25,508 nucleotides of DNA from Nitrospirota bacterium (GTDB lineage: Bacteria > Nitrospirota > UBA9217): NCBI GenBank assembly GCA_036391375.1, contig DASWAB010000161.1:1-25508 (forward strand). Direction: 5' to 3'. Both the position numbers and the translations under genes were made by a program. Positions 15,802 through 24,097 of the stretch are shown here, piece by piece. The stretch's first letter is position 1. Each line of letters begins with the position of its first letter. Below the pieces are notes generated by a model, which was not told where the DNA came from, did not search any database, and saw only the letters and a program-made list of their open reading frames with translations.

Positions 15802-17133
15802 TTACTCTTCCTTCAGTATTCTCCACAGGCTCGTCCTCGAAATCCCGAGCACCTCGGCGGCCTTGGACTTGTTGCCGCCGAACAGATCGAGCACCTTTTC
15901 CGCGTATTCCTTGTTCAGCTCTTCGATCGTCTTCACGCTGTCGGGCTCAATCGTGTCAATCTGGAACATCTTGATGGTCTGGGGCAGGCTTTCCGGGGTG
16001 ATCATCTGGCCCTTTTCGAGGATGATGGCGCGCTCGATGATGTTTTCGAGTTCCCGCACGTTCCCGGGATAACTGTAGTGGGCCAGCACGTCCAGCGCCT
16101 CTTTCGTGAATCCCGTGACTTTCTTGCGGGAGCTGGGAAGGTGTTTTTCCAGAAAATATTCACAGAGCGGCTGGATATCGTCCTTCCGGTCTCGCAGCGG
16201 CGGAATGAAGATCTCCATGATATTCAGCCGGTAGTACAGGTCCTCGCGGAACCTGCCCTCGTTGATAATGGACCGCACGTTCTGGTTGGTCGCCGCGATG
16301 AACCGCACGTCGACTCTGATGGGTTTGGTCCCTCCCACCCGGTAAAACTCCCCCTCTTCGATCACCTTGAGGAGCTTGGCCTGAAGGTTCGGGGCCATTT
16401 CCGAGATCTCGTCCAAAAACAGCGTGCCGGTGTCCGCGATCTCCACAAGCCCCTGCTTTGTCCTGACCGCGCCGGTGAACGCCCCTTTCTCGTGGCCGAA
16501 AAGCTCGCTCGCCAGCAATTCCTCCGTCAGGGTCGCGCAGTTGATGGAAAGGAACGGCATGGCCTGCCGCCTGCCCGTGTAGTGGATGATCTTGGCAAGG
16601 AGGCTCTTCCCCACCCCCGTCTCGCCGGTCAGCAGCACGTTGCAGTCGGAATCCTTCATCCCCTCGATCGTTTCGAGGATGCGGTTCATGCTCTTGCTCT
16701 TGGCGATGATTGAGACTTTCTTGTCCATCCCCGCGTAGGCCTTGAGGGCGATGTTTTCCTTCCTGAGCGCCTTCTGTTCGCGGATCTTCTTTACCTTGAG
16801 GAGCAGTTCGTCGAGATTGAAAGGCTTGGTCACGTAATCATACGCGCCCTTCTTCATGGCATCCACCACGGACCCGATGCTGCCGAATCCGGTGACGATG
16901 ATCACTTCCGCCTCGATCTGTTTTTCCCTGATCTTCTCGAGGAGCTCGATCCCGGTCATCCCCGGCATCTTGATGTCTGCGATCAGGAGGTCGAAGTGGT
17001 CGCTCTCGATCTCCCGGAACGCATCCGCACCGTTCTGCGTCCCGACGGCGGCGTAGCCCTCTTTCCGGAGCGCATTCACCAGGTGCTTGAGCGTTATTTC
17101 CTCGTCTTCCGCTATGAGAATTTTAAATGCCAT
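15802..17133 (-). CDS. Sigma54-dependent response regulator (NtrC/AtoC family: REC, AAA+, Fis HTH)
   Basis: ILIAEDE and ADIKMPG; Walker A GETGVGKS; ELFGHEKGAFTGA; LFLDEI; FREDLYYRLN; YPGNVRELEN; HTH NKSKAAEVLGISRTSLWR. Confidence 0.95.
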   Translation of the reverse strand: MAFKILIAEDEEITLKHLVNALRKEGYAAVGTQNGADAFREIESDHFDLLIADIKMPGMTGIELLEKIREKQIEAEVIIVTGFGSIGSVVDAMKKGAYDYVTKPFNLDELLLKVKKIREQKALRKENIALKAYAGMDKKVSIIAKSKSMNRILETIEGMKDSDCNVLLTGETGVGKSLLAKIIHYTGRRQAMPFLSINCATLTEELLASELFGHEKGAFTGAVRTKQGLVEIADTGTLFLDEISEMAPNLQAKLLKVIEEGEFYRVGGTKPIRVDVRFIAATNQNVRSIINEGRFREDLYYRLNIMEIFIPPLRDRKDDIQPLCEYFLEKHLPSSRKKVTGFTKEALDVLAHYSYPGNVRELENIIERAIILEKGQMITPESLPQTIKMFQIDTIEPDSVKTIEELNKEYAEKVLDLFGGNKSKAAEVLGISRTSLWRILKEE

Positions 17134-17156
17134 GACGGCTCCCCTGTCGAAGGACG

Positions 17157-18743
17157 TTATCCCGCCGGATCCTGCCGTACCGGCAAAACGATCGTGAACG
17201 TCGCGCCCTTGCCTTCATCGCTTTCGGCGGCGATATCGCCGCCGTGCTTTTTGATGATATTATACACAATGGCCAGTCCCAGCCCGGTGCCTTTGTCCTT
17301 GGTCGTAAAGAAGGGCTCGAAAATCTTGTCCAGCGACTCCCGCGGGATCCCCCTGCCCGTATCAGCGATCCTGATGACGACCGCTTCGTCCGCCTTTTTT
17401 ACCGTAACGGAAAGGGCTCCCTTCCCCTGCATCGCATCCACGGCGTTTACGAAAAGGTTGGAAAAAACCTGCTCCATCTGCCCCTGGTCCGCGGAAACAA
17501 TGATCTGCCGCGGCTCCTGCTCGAGTGAGAACCGGATATTTCCGAGATCGCGGCCGCTGCCGAGGCGGAGGTAGGAGTCCTGAATCAGTTCCGCAAGCTC
17601 GACATCCTTGAACTGCGGCTCTCTTCCGCGCGCAAACTCGAGGAGTTCGCCCACGATCCGCTTCACCCGCTCGGACTGGCCCACGATGTCGTTCACCGCC
17701 TCCTTCACCTCGTCGGTGCATCGTTCCCCCGCCTCGCGCGCAAGCACCTGCGCCGCGATATAGATGTTGTTCAGCGGATTGTTCAGCTCGTGCGCCACGC
17801 CCGAGGCGAGCGTGCCGATGGCCGCGAGTTTCTTTGCCTGCATCAGTTCCCGGTTCTTCAGCTCGATCTCCCGCTCGTGGAGCGCGAGCTGGTCCTCCAT
17901 GGTGTTGAACTTGTCGATCAGGATGCCCACCTCATCATGCGCGTTTCTGCGCGAGCGCGGGAGGGACAGATGGGGGTAGGAGCCCTTCCCCGTCTTTTCC
18001 ACGACGCTGATCAGCAGCATCAGGCGCTTTACCACGTTCGTGGTGATAAAAAACAGCAATCCGATGCCCACCGCGAAAAACAGCGGGAAGAATATCAGGA
18101 TGGCGATCTGGGAAAGCCGGATCATGGCGTCCGCGTTCTCCCGCGCGACCTTGTCGAGGTCCTTGGAGATGACGAGGATGTCCTCGCCGGTTTTCCGGAG
18201 CGCCGCGATGTCCGTATCGAGCTCCCGGAGCCCGGAGATCAGCGGATGCGCGGGGGAGACGGAGAACACGTTCGTTAAAAAATCCGCGGATTGCGCAGGT
18301 CGCTCGAGAAACGTTGCTTCCACGAGCGCGAGAAACCGTCCGTTCTTTTCCAGGGCGGTCCTCGCCTTTTTGAATTCTCCGGACAGCCTTTTCGCGGACG
18401 ACTCGATTTTCGAGAAGCGCTGCTCGTAGTCGCTGATCCTGTCGCGAAGCGACAGCTGGTCGGCCCTGTCGATACCCGGGTTCCGCACCAGGATGTCCTT
18501 AAGGTCGGCGAGATACGCGCGGACGAACCCCGTTTCCTCGTCGGCCTTTTGGGGGGCATAGAGAAAGAAGTTTTTTTCGTGGCGACGGAGCTGGAGCGAT
18601 TTCCGGCTTATGGTGTCCGTTACCTCGAGGTAACGGATCTCCTTTCTGATCTCGATGAAATTGACGTATTCGAAGGCGGCAAGGATGGCAATGATGAAAG
18701 CGCTGATGAAAAAACTGAGGGCTATTTTTTTTTTGAGCGACAT
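17157..18743 (-). CDS. Sensor histidine kinase 2 (larger helical sensor, HAMP, HisKA, HATPase)
   Basis: Two TM segments, LQLRRHEKNFFLY, H-box GVAHELNNPL, NLFVNA, DTGRGI, FFTTK and GTGLGLA; directly upstream of the sigma54 regulator. Confidence 0.93.
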   Translation of the reverse strand: MSLKKKIALSFFISAFIIAILAAFEYVNFIEIRKEIRYLEVTDTISRKSLQLRRHEKNFFLYAPQKADEETGFVRAYLADLKDILVRNPGIDRADQLSLRDRISDYEQRFSKIESSAKRLSGEFKKARTALEKNGRFLALVEATFLERPAQSADFLTNVFSVSPAHPLISGLRELDTDIAALRKTGEDILVISKDLDKVARENADAMIRLSQIAILIFFPLFFAVGIGLLFFITTNVVKRLMLLISVVEKTGKGSYPHLSLPRSRRNAHDEVGILIDKFNTMEDQLALHEREIELKNRELMQAKKLAAIGTLASGVAHELNNPLNNIYIAAQVLAREAGERCTDEVKEAVNDIVGQSERVKRIVGELLEFARGREPQFKDVELAELIQDSYLRLGSGRDLGNIRFSLEQEPRQIIVSADQGQMEQVFSNLFVNAVDAMQGKGALSVTVKKADEAVVIRIADTGRGIPRESLDKIFEPFFTTKDKGTGLGLAIVYNIIKKHGGDIAAESDEGKGATFTIVLPVRQDPAG

Positions 18744-18761
18744 GGCGTCCCTTTTTTGGTT

Positions 18762-18791
18762 ACCTTAACATATTTCCGGTTTTCCGTGCAA
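18762..18791 (-). promoter_or_regulatory. Putative sigma70 promoter for kinase 2 and the sigma54 regulator
   Basis: TTGCAC-N18-TAAGGT with an extended -10 (TGT-TAAGGT), immediately after the terminator. Confidence 0.5.
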
Positions 18792-18794
18792 CTC

Positions 18795-18829
18795 AAAAAA
18801 AAGCCGAAGGAACGAGACGCTCCTTCGGC
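18795..18829 (-). terminator. Intrinsic terminator ending cassette II
   Basis: GCCGAAGGAGCG-UCU-CGUUCCUUCGGC (12 bp, one G-U) followed by U8. Confidence 0.85.
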
Positions 18830-18849
18830 CGGCCATGCATCAAAAATCC

Positions 18850-19704
18850 CTACGATTTCACGACCAGGACCGGGCATGCGGCATAACCGATGACTTTCTC
18901 GGCCACGCTTCCCATCAGAAGCCTGCGGAGCCCGGTCCTGCCGTGCGAGCCGATGACGATCATGTCCGCCTTCTGTTCCTCTGCGAGGTTGTTGATCGCC
19001 TCGAAGGCCTCGGCCTCGCCCACAAAGGTGTCCGCTTTTACTCCCGCCTCCGCTGCCCTGCTCTTGACGTCCGCAACGAACCCCTTTGCCTTGCGCACAA
19101 GGTCCTCGACAGCCTCGGGCGCCTCCGCATAAAATTCCGGGGGAACATCCACGACGGACAGGACCTTCAATTCCCCGCCGTAGGACTTTGCAAAAACGAT
19201 CGCGCGCTCGGTCGCCGCGGCGCTATGCTTCGAGCCGTCGGTCGCGAGCACGATCGTTTTCCAGCCTACCTTCGTTTCGTTCGGCACGACCAGCACATCC
19301 TGTCGGGAATGGCCGATGACCCGCGCCGTCACCCGCCCGACCAGCATGCGTTCGACCGGACGCAGGCCCCTGCGGCCCATGACGATCAGATCGCAGTTCT
19401 CGGCGTCGGCCAGGTCGACGATCCTCTCATGGATCTCGCCTTCCTCGCAGACCGTCTTGATGAGCGCCCGCTCCTGATCGGCGAGACGCCGCGCCCCGGC
19501 CAGGGCTTCTTCGCAGGGCTTTCGAAGCGCGGCGCGAATGTCTTTGACCCCGAGGATTTCGATCTCGCCGTCGTAGGGGGGCACGACCGACGTGACCGTG
19601 ATCCAGCATTTTTCATCGACTGCGAGCCGAAACGCCTGCAAAAGCGCGTTCCGACCCGAGTCGGACCCGTCTATCGCAACGAGGAGCTTCCTATACTTCC
19701 CCAT
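18850..19704 (-). CDS. Universal stress protein, tandem domain
   Basis: YRKLLVAIDGS..MGRRGLRPVERMLVGRV and WKTIVLATDGS..IGSHGRTGLRRLLMGSVAEKV..CPVLVV. ATG 19704 overlaps the end of the TSUP gene. Confidence 0.92.
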   Translation of the reverse strand: MGKYRKLLVAIDGSDSGRNALLQAFRLAVDEKCWITVTSVVPPYDGEIEILGVKDIRAALRKPCEEALAGARRLADQERALIKTVCEEGEIHERIVDLADAENCDLIVMGRRGLRPVERMLVGRVTARVIGHSRQDVLVVPNETKVGWKTIVLATDGSKHSAAATERAIVFAKSYGGELKVLSVVDVPPEFYAEAPEAVEDLVRKAKGFVADVKSRAAEAGVKADTFVGEAEAFEAINNLAEEQKADMIVIGSHGRTGLRRLLMGSVAEKVIGYAACPVLVVKS

Positions 19705-20773
19705 GCTCCATGGCCCCCGACGCAAGCCGCAGTTTTTCGGCCTGCCGCCCCTGCCACATGGCTTTGAGGACGATGAAAGCGCCGAGCAGCAATGCGAATA
19801 TCATTATACCAAAGCTCACGGTCTTGAGCAATGACACCGTGCCGCCCTCGAGCTTCGCGATGAGGCCGAGCTGCGAGAGATAAACCGGGACCATCAGGCC
19901 GCGGCTGAAAAGAACAATCACCATGATCACGCCCATCACGACCTTGATCATTAAGGGCTTCACGTAGGTGGTGCCGATGGCGCCGAGCTGGATGCCGAAG
20001 AGTGAACCCGCCAGGATGATCATGGCAAGCCGGATGTCGACCAGTCCGTGCATGGCATACTTGAACGAACCGCCGAGGCCCATCACGAAAGCGATCACCA
20101 GCTCCGTGGCGGATGCCATGAGGCTCGGAGCGCCAAGGACATAAATCATGGAGGGTACGCCGACAAAGCCGCCGACCGCAATCGTGGCCGCCAGCATGCC
20201 GGTGGCAAAACCGAGCGGAATGGTGAAGAGCACCGACACTTTGGCATTCAGGCTCTTGAAGTATACCATGGTGCCGGGTATATTGATTGATTGGATCCAC
20301 TTGGCCAGTTTGGTAGTCTTTTCTTCCGCGTGGGCATCGCCCGACTTATAGCTCTTCCACGCGTCATAAAGGACAAATCCGCCGACCGTTGCGAGGATCA
20401 CGACGAAGGCGACGCTCACATAGAGGTTGGAGCCCGCGTCACCGAAGGCCTTCTTGATGTTTTCCTGAATCTGCGCCCCGTACAGCACGCCCGCTTCCGC
20501 CGAGATGCCGAGGACGATGCCGAGTTTCACGTCCACCTGGCCGTACTTGGCGCGTTTGAGCGCGCCCACGAGCGCCTTGGGGAATTTGTGGCACATGTTG
20601 CTCGCAACCGCCACGAGGCCGGGGACGCCCAGGCTCATCATGCCCGGCGTCAGGACGAAGGCCCCGCCGGAGCCGATAAACCCGCTGACGAGGCCGCCCA
20701 CAAAACCGACCCCGAACAGGTACAGGATCGTTACGGCGTCAAGATTGATGAAGTTCGATACGATGTCGTGCAT
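19691..20773 (-). CDS. TSUP (TauE/SafE family) transporter 2, different subfamily from TSUP 1
   Basis: SGFIGSGGAFVLTPG and ATIAVGGFVGVP repeat motifs, many TM segments; AGGAGG SD before ATG 20773. Confidence 0.9.
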   Translation of the reverse strand: MHDIVSNFINLDAVTILYLFGVGFVGGLVSGFIGSGGAFVLTPGMMSLGVPGLVAVASNMCHKFPKALVGALKRAKYGQVDVKLGIVLGISAEAGVLYGAQIQENIKKAFGDAGSNLYVSVAFVVILATVGGFVLYDAWKSYKSGDAHAEEKTTKLAKWIQSINIPGTMVYFKSLNAKVSVLFTIPLGFATGMLAATIAVGGFVGVPSMIYVLGAPSLMASATELVIAFVMGLGGSFKYAMHGLVDIRLAMIILAGSLFGIQLGAIGTTYVKPLMIKVVMGVIMVIVLFSRGLMVPVYLSQLGLIAKLEGGTVSLLKTVSFGIMIFALLLGAFIVLKAMWQGRQAEKLRLASGAMEHGEV

Positions 20774-20774
20774 C

Positions 20775-21026
20775 TTACTTAACCTCCTTTTTCTTTTTCG
20801 CGGCCTCGATGCCGAGCACCGTCCAGAAGCTGCCGGTAAACGAACCATGGATATACGAAAATACGAACGCCGTCAGGATCGGGAGAAACGCATACAGTCC
20901 GCCTTTGGCGAAGGTATCGTTCACCAGATCCTGCTTGAGCAGGAGGGCCGCATAGAGCGCCACGGAAATGATCCCCATGACGATCATGGAGCCTACCGGC
21001 TTCCTTTTTGTGCTGCTTTGTGCCAT
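20775..21026 (-). CDS. Small two-TM membrane protein (83 aa) directly upstream of TSUP 2
   Basis: Two hydrophobic segments and SYIHGSFTGSFW; TAAGGAGG SD; its C-terminus carries the SD of the TSUP gene. Confidence 0.8.
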   Translation of the reverse strand: MAQSSTKRKPVGSMIVMGIISVALYAALLLKQDLVNDTFAKGGLYAFLPILTAFVFSYIHGSFTGSFWTVLGIEAAKKKKEVK

Positions 21027-21050
21027 GATAATTCCTCCTTAGGATTATTT

Positions 21051-21117
21051 ACCACTAAGTCACTAAGACACGAAATGAACGACCTTGTGTTATTTCGTGA
21101 CTTCGTGCCTTCGTGGT
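21051..21117. repeat. REP-like inverted repeat built from 8-nt units
   Basis: ACCACTAAGTCACTAAGACACGAAAT, 15-nt spacer, ATTTCGTGACTTCGTGCCTTCGTGGT; 22 of 26 positions complementary; three CAC(T/G)AA units per arm. Confidence 0.7.
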
Positions 21118-21131
21118 GAAAGTTTTTGGTT

Positions 21132-21626
21132 CTACGCCCTTGCCCCGTCCATTACCACGACCAGAGGGCATTTCAACTTCTGCCACAGCTCCGAAAGCAT
21201 CGTGTCCTTCCTGTCGCAGTCCTCGTTCAGGCTGTTGTGCGATTCGACGACGGCAAAGAGTATCTCTTTTTCCCTGCTCGTGTAATCGATCACCGCCTGC
21301 TTCAGGCAGCCCGATTTGCGGATCAGCCGGTATCTCACGCCTTCCGCCGAAAGCTCGGACTCGAGGCCCCGCATTCCCGCATCGGCATGCCCTTCCAAAG
21401 GCGAGACATACAGGATGTCGAGGTCCGCGCCGATCCTCTTCGAGGAATTGACGGCGTACTTCAGGGTTTTGGCGTCGATCCTTCCTTCTTTGAGGGCGAG
21501 CAGGACCCTCCGCCCTTCCTTGAGCAACGAACGGGCCGCTTCGCTTTCCCCTTCTTCAGCGAACGATGCGGCGGTCAGCGTGTTCTCAACCTGTTTCATC
21601 ATTTTTTTCAGTTTCGTTGTTTCCAT
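21132..21626 (-). CDS. Conserved hypothetical, N-terminal AASFAEEGESEAAR motif + degenerate USP-like domain (164 aa)
   Basis: RRVLLAL..TLKYAVNSSKRIGADLDILYV..KCPLVVV resembles a USP without the ATP motif. Confidence 0.7.
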   Translation of the reverse strand: METTKLKKMMKQVENTLTAASFAEEGESEAARSLLKEGRRVLLALKEGRIDAKTLKYAVNSSKRIGADLDILYVSPLEGHADAGMRGLESELSAEGVRYRLIRKSGCLKQAVIDYTSREKEILFAVVESHNSLNEDCDRKDTMLSELWQKLKCPLVVVMDGARA

Positions 21627-21656
21627 GCGCCCCTCGCGGAATTCGCTCTTCGAGCA

Positions 21657-21833
21657 TTAGTCAACGCGCAGTTGTTTTCTCGCTGCCGGCCTCTGGAAAT
21701 CTCGCGCCGACGGCCGGTCGGCTTTTCTCGGCCGCTCTTCGTTCATGATCCGGCGCGCGGTGTCGAACTCACCCGCTTCCGCAAACGATGCAGCCACCAT
21801 TGCGGTTTCAAATTTTTTCAGCAAACCTTTCAT
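21657..21833 (-). CDS. Small protein (58 aa) consisting mainly of the AASFAEAGEFDTAR motif
   Basis: AGGAGG SD before ATG 21833; first gene after the sigma54 promoter; the motif is shared with two other ORFs in this window. Confidence 0.65.
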   Translation of the reverse strand: MKGLLKKFETAMVAASFAEAGEFDTARRIMNEERPRKADRPSARDFQRPAARKQLRVD

Positions 21834-21873
21834 GATTGATTCCTCCTTTCCTTGGGATTTCACTAATTGGTAT

Positions 21874-21889
21874 TACAACTACCATGCCA
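21874..21889 (-). promoter_or_regulatory. Sigma54 (-24/-12) promoter, cassette II
   Basis: Minus strand TGGCAT-GGTAG-TTGTA: correct GG and spacing, with GT instead of GC at -12. It ends 40 nt upstream of the first gene, similar to cassette I. Confidence 0.65.
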
Positions 21890-21904
21890 GAAGACTAAGA
21901 TATA

Positions 21905-21917
21905 CAACGCTTTGAAA
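21905..21917 (-). promoter_or_regulatory. Possible IHF site, cassette II
   Basis: TTTCAA-AGCG-TTG versus WATCAA-N4-TTR (1 mismatch) at about -42 to -54. Confidence 0.4.
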
Positions 21918-21963
21918 ATATGGACGTATTTATTCTGATTGGGAATCTGTTTGCGGTTTATAC

Positions 21964-21980
21964 TGTTTTAGAATGCAATA
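21964..21980. promoter_or_regulatory. Candidate enhancer (UAS) site
   Basis: TGTTTTA-GAA-TGCAATA. Confidence 0.3.
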
Positions 21981-22032
21981 GGTATATCAGAGAAAAGTGC
22001 TATCTATTTAATTTATAAATAAATTTTGCATG

Positions 22033-22061
22033 TTGCATTGATAATGAAAACGTTGTAAAAT
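22033..22061 (+). promoter_or_regulatory. Putative sigma70 promoter of lon and kinase 3
   Basis: TTGCAT (22033-22038), N17, TAAAAT (22056-22061). Confidence 0.55.
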
Positions 22062-22067
22062 GCAACC
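22051..22067. promoter_or_regulatory. Candidate enhancer/operator palindrome overlapping the lon -10
   Basis: CGTTGTA-AAA-TGCAACC; the GTTGYA-N3-TGCAAC core has one mismatch. Confidence 0.4.
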
Positions 22068-22090
22068 ATTCAAACTTTTCACGGTGCGGA

Positions 22091-24097
22091 ATGAAATTTT
22101 TTCAAAAATCCGAAGACAGTAATCAGGAACTCATCATAGAAGAACTCCGTCGGGAAATTTCCGCCGCAGCCATGCCGCGCCCGGTCCGGAAAATCGCGGA
22201 GCAGGAACTCGACCTCCTGACCAGGATAAGCCCTGCCGCGGCGGAATACACCATCGGCCTTGCCTATATTGATTACCTTGTCGCGCTGCCCTGGAACAAA
22301 AAAACCGAGGACAACCTCGACATCGTCCTTGCGGAGCGCATCCTGAACGAAAGCCACTACGGCCTGGACAAGATCAAGGAGCGGATCATGGAACACCTTG
22401 CGGTCAAGGTGCTCCTGATGAACAGGAAAGCGCGGGTCCTTATCGCCGACGACGAGGAAATCGCGCGAAAAAACCTCGAGCACATCCTGACCAAGGAACA
22501 GTACGAGGTTGTCGCTGTCCCGGACGGGGAAAAAGCGGTCCTGGAGTTGGAGGGCTCGGCCTTCGACGTGGTGCTGACCGATCTTCGCATGGGGAAGACA
22601 GACGGCATGAATCTCCTGGAGCACGTCAGGATCAAATATCCTGACACGAGGGTCATTGTCGTGACCGGCTACGCCACGATCCCCTCGGCCATCGAGTCCA
22701 TGCAGAAAGGCGCCTTCCACTACATAGCAAAACCCTTCAAGCTCGACGACGTGCGCGAGACCGTAAAACGGGCGGTCGAACAGAAGGCCCGGACGCCCCT
22801 CACCAAAGGGTCGGTGCTCTGCTTCGCGGGCCCTCCGGGAACAGGGAAGACGTCGCTCGGGCAATCCATCGCCCGCGCGCTCGGCAGAAAATTCACGAGA
22901 ATCGCCCTGGGCGGGCTCAAGGACGAGGCGGACATCCGGGGGCACCGCCGCACCTACGTGGGCGCCAAGCCCGGCAGGGTGATCGAGGAACTCCGGAGGG
23001 TGGAATCCGCGAACCCCGTGATCATGCTCGACGAACTCGACAAAATCGGCGGCGACTTCAAGGGCGACCCCGCGTCCGCGCTCCTCGAAGTGCTGGACGC
23101 GGAACAGAACCGGGCCTTCGTGGACCACTACCTCGACGTTCCGTTCGATCTCTCGAACGTCATGTTTATCCTGACCGCGAACGTGCTCGACGCCGTCCCT
23201 GCCCCGCTCCGCGACCGGATGGAGATCATCGAGTTCGCAGGGTACACCGAGGAGGAAAAGGCCAACATCGCTTTGCAGTTTCTCTGCCCCAAACAGATCC
23301 GCGAAAAGGGGCTCTCTTCGGGCCGCGTCATCTTCCGGGACGAGGCCGTCGGCGCGATCATCCAGGACTACACCCGCGAGGCGGGCATCCGCAGCCTTGA
23401 GCGGAGGATCGCCACGATCTGCCGGAAGATCGCGCGGGAATCGCTCAGGAGCGGAGACGGCGGGGAGGCCGTTACCATCACCCCCGGATCCCTGGAACGC
23501 TACCTCGGCAGGAAAAAATTCCGTTTCGACGTAATCGAGGAGCGGGACCGGGTCGGCGTGACGACCGGCCTCGTGCGCACCGAAAACGGCGGCGAGATCA
23601 TCTTTGTCGAGGCCGCCAGGATGAAGGGAAAGAAGGAACTCATCATCACGGGCTCGCTGGGCGACGTGATGCGGGAGTCTGCGCAGGCGGCGCTCAGCTA
23701 CATCCGGAGCAACGCCGGGGCCTTCGGCATCTCCGAGGATTTCTTCGAGCGCCAGGACATCCACATCCACGTGCCGTCCGGCGCCATCCAGAAGGACGGG
23801 CCGTCTGCCGGCGTCACCATCCTCGCCGCGCTCGCGTCGCTTTTGACCGGGCGACCGGCCCGCAGGGACGTGGCCATGACCGGCGAGATCACCCTGACCG
23901 GACGGATCCTGCCCGTCGGCGGCATCCGGGAAAAAACCCTCGCGGCGAAGCGCGCACGGGTCAAAACCGTGATCATCCCCGGGAAGAACCGGGCCGACGT
24001 GGAGGAGCTGTCCGACGACATGAAAAAAGGCCTCGACATCCGCCTCGTGGAAACGGCGCCCGAGGTCATCGAGGCGGCGCTCACGGCGAACCTATGA
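22091..24097 (+). CDS. lon: Lon (endopeptidase La) protease lacking the N-domain, with an inserted receiver domain
   Basis: YIDYLVALPW, HYGLDKIKERI, Walker A GPPGTGKT, RGHRRTYVGA, Walker B IMLDELDK, PLRDRME, catalytic KDGPSAG (Ser) and GGIREK (Lys). REC at about aa 113-232 (LIADDE, LTD164, VTGY, KPF). A specialised paralog, not the housekeeping lon. Confidence 0.92.
   Translation: MKFFQKSEDSNQELIIEELRREISAAAMPRPVRKIAEQELDLLTRISPAAAEYTIGLAYIDYLVALPWNKKTEDNLDIVLAERILNESHYGLDKIKERIMEHLAVKVLLMNRKARVLIADDEEIARKNLEHILTKEQYEVVAVPDGEKAVLELEGSAFDVVLTDLRMGKTDGMNLLEHVRIKYPDTRVIVVTGYATIPSAIESMQKGAFHYIAKPFKLDDVRETVKRAVEQKARTPLTKGSVLCFAGPPGTGKTSLGQSIARALGRKFTRIALGGLKDEADIRGHRRTYVGAKPGRVIEELRRVESANPVIMLDELDKIGGDFKGDPASALLEVLDAEQNRAFVDHYLDVPFDLSNVMFILTANVLDAVPAPLRDRMEIIEFAGYTEEEKANIALQFLCPKQIREKGLSSGRVIFRDEAVGAIIQDYTREAGIRSLERRIATICRKIARESLRSGDGGEAVTITPGSLERYLGRKKFRFDVIEERDRVGVTTGLVRTENGGEIIFVEAARMKGKKELIITGSLGDVMRESAQAALSYIRSNAGAFGISEDFFERQDIHIHVPSGAIQKDGPSAGVTILAALASLLTGRPARRDVAMTGEITLTGRILPVGGIREKTLAAKRARVKTVIIPGKNRADVEELSDDMKKGLDIRLVETAPEVIEAALTANL

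Noticed and set aside
12609-20773. Naming the TSUPs tauE (sulfite exporter)
   Set aside because: Family membership is clear but substrate and direction cannot be read from sequence, and no taurine or sulfonate catabolism genes are in the window.
21051-21117. Short repeats as a CRISPR array
   Set aside because: The units are 8 nt, arranged as an inverted repeat, with no spacers and no cas genes.
405-21119. Other long overlapping ORFs (e.g. 405-1292, 5901-6980, 7873-8718, 9080-9892, 10362-11159, 11737-12549, 15733-16713, 18835-19767, 20505-21119)
   Set aside because: All overlap well-supported genes on the opposite strand or in another frame, and have no SD or family motifs.
22079-23770. 563-aa - strand ORF
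   Set aside because: Antisense shadow of lon.
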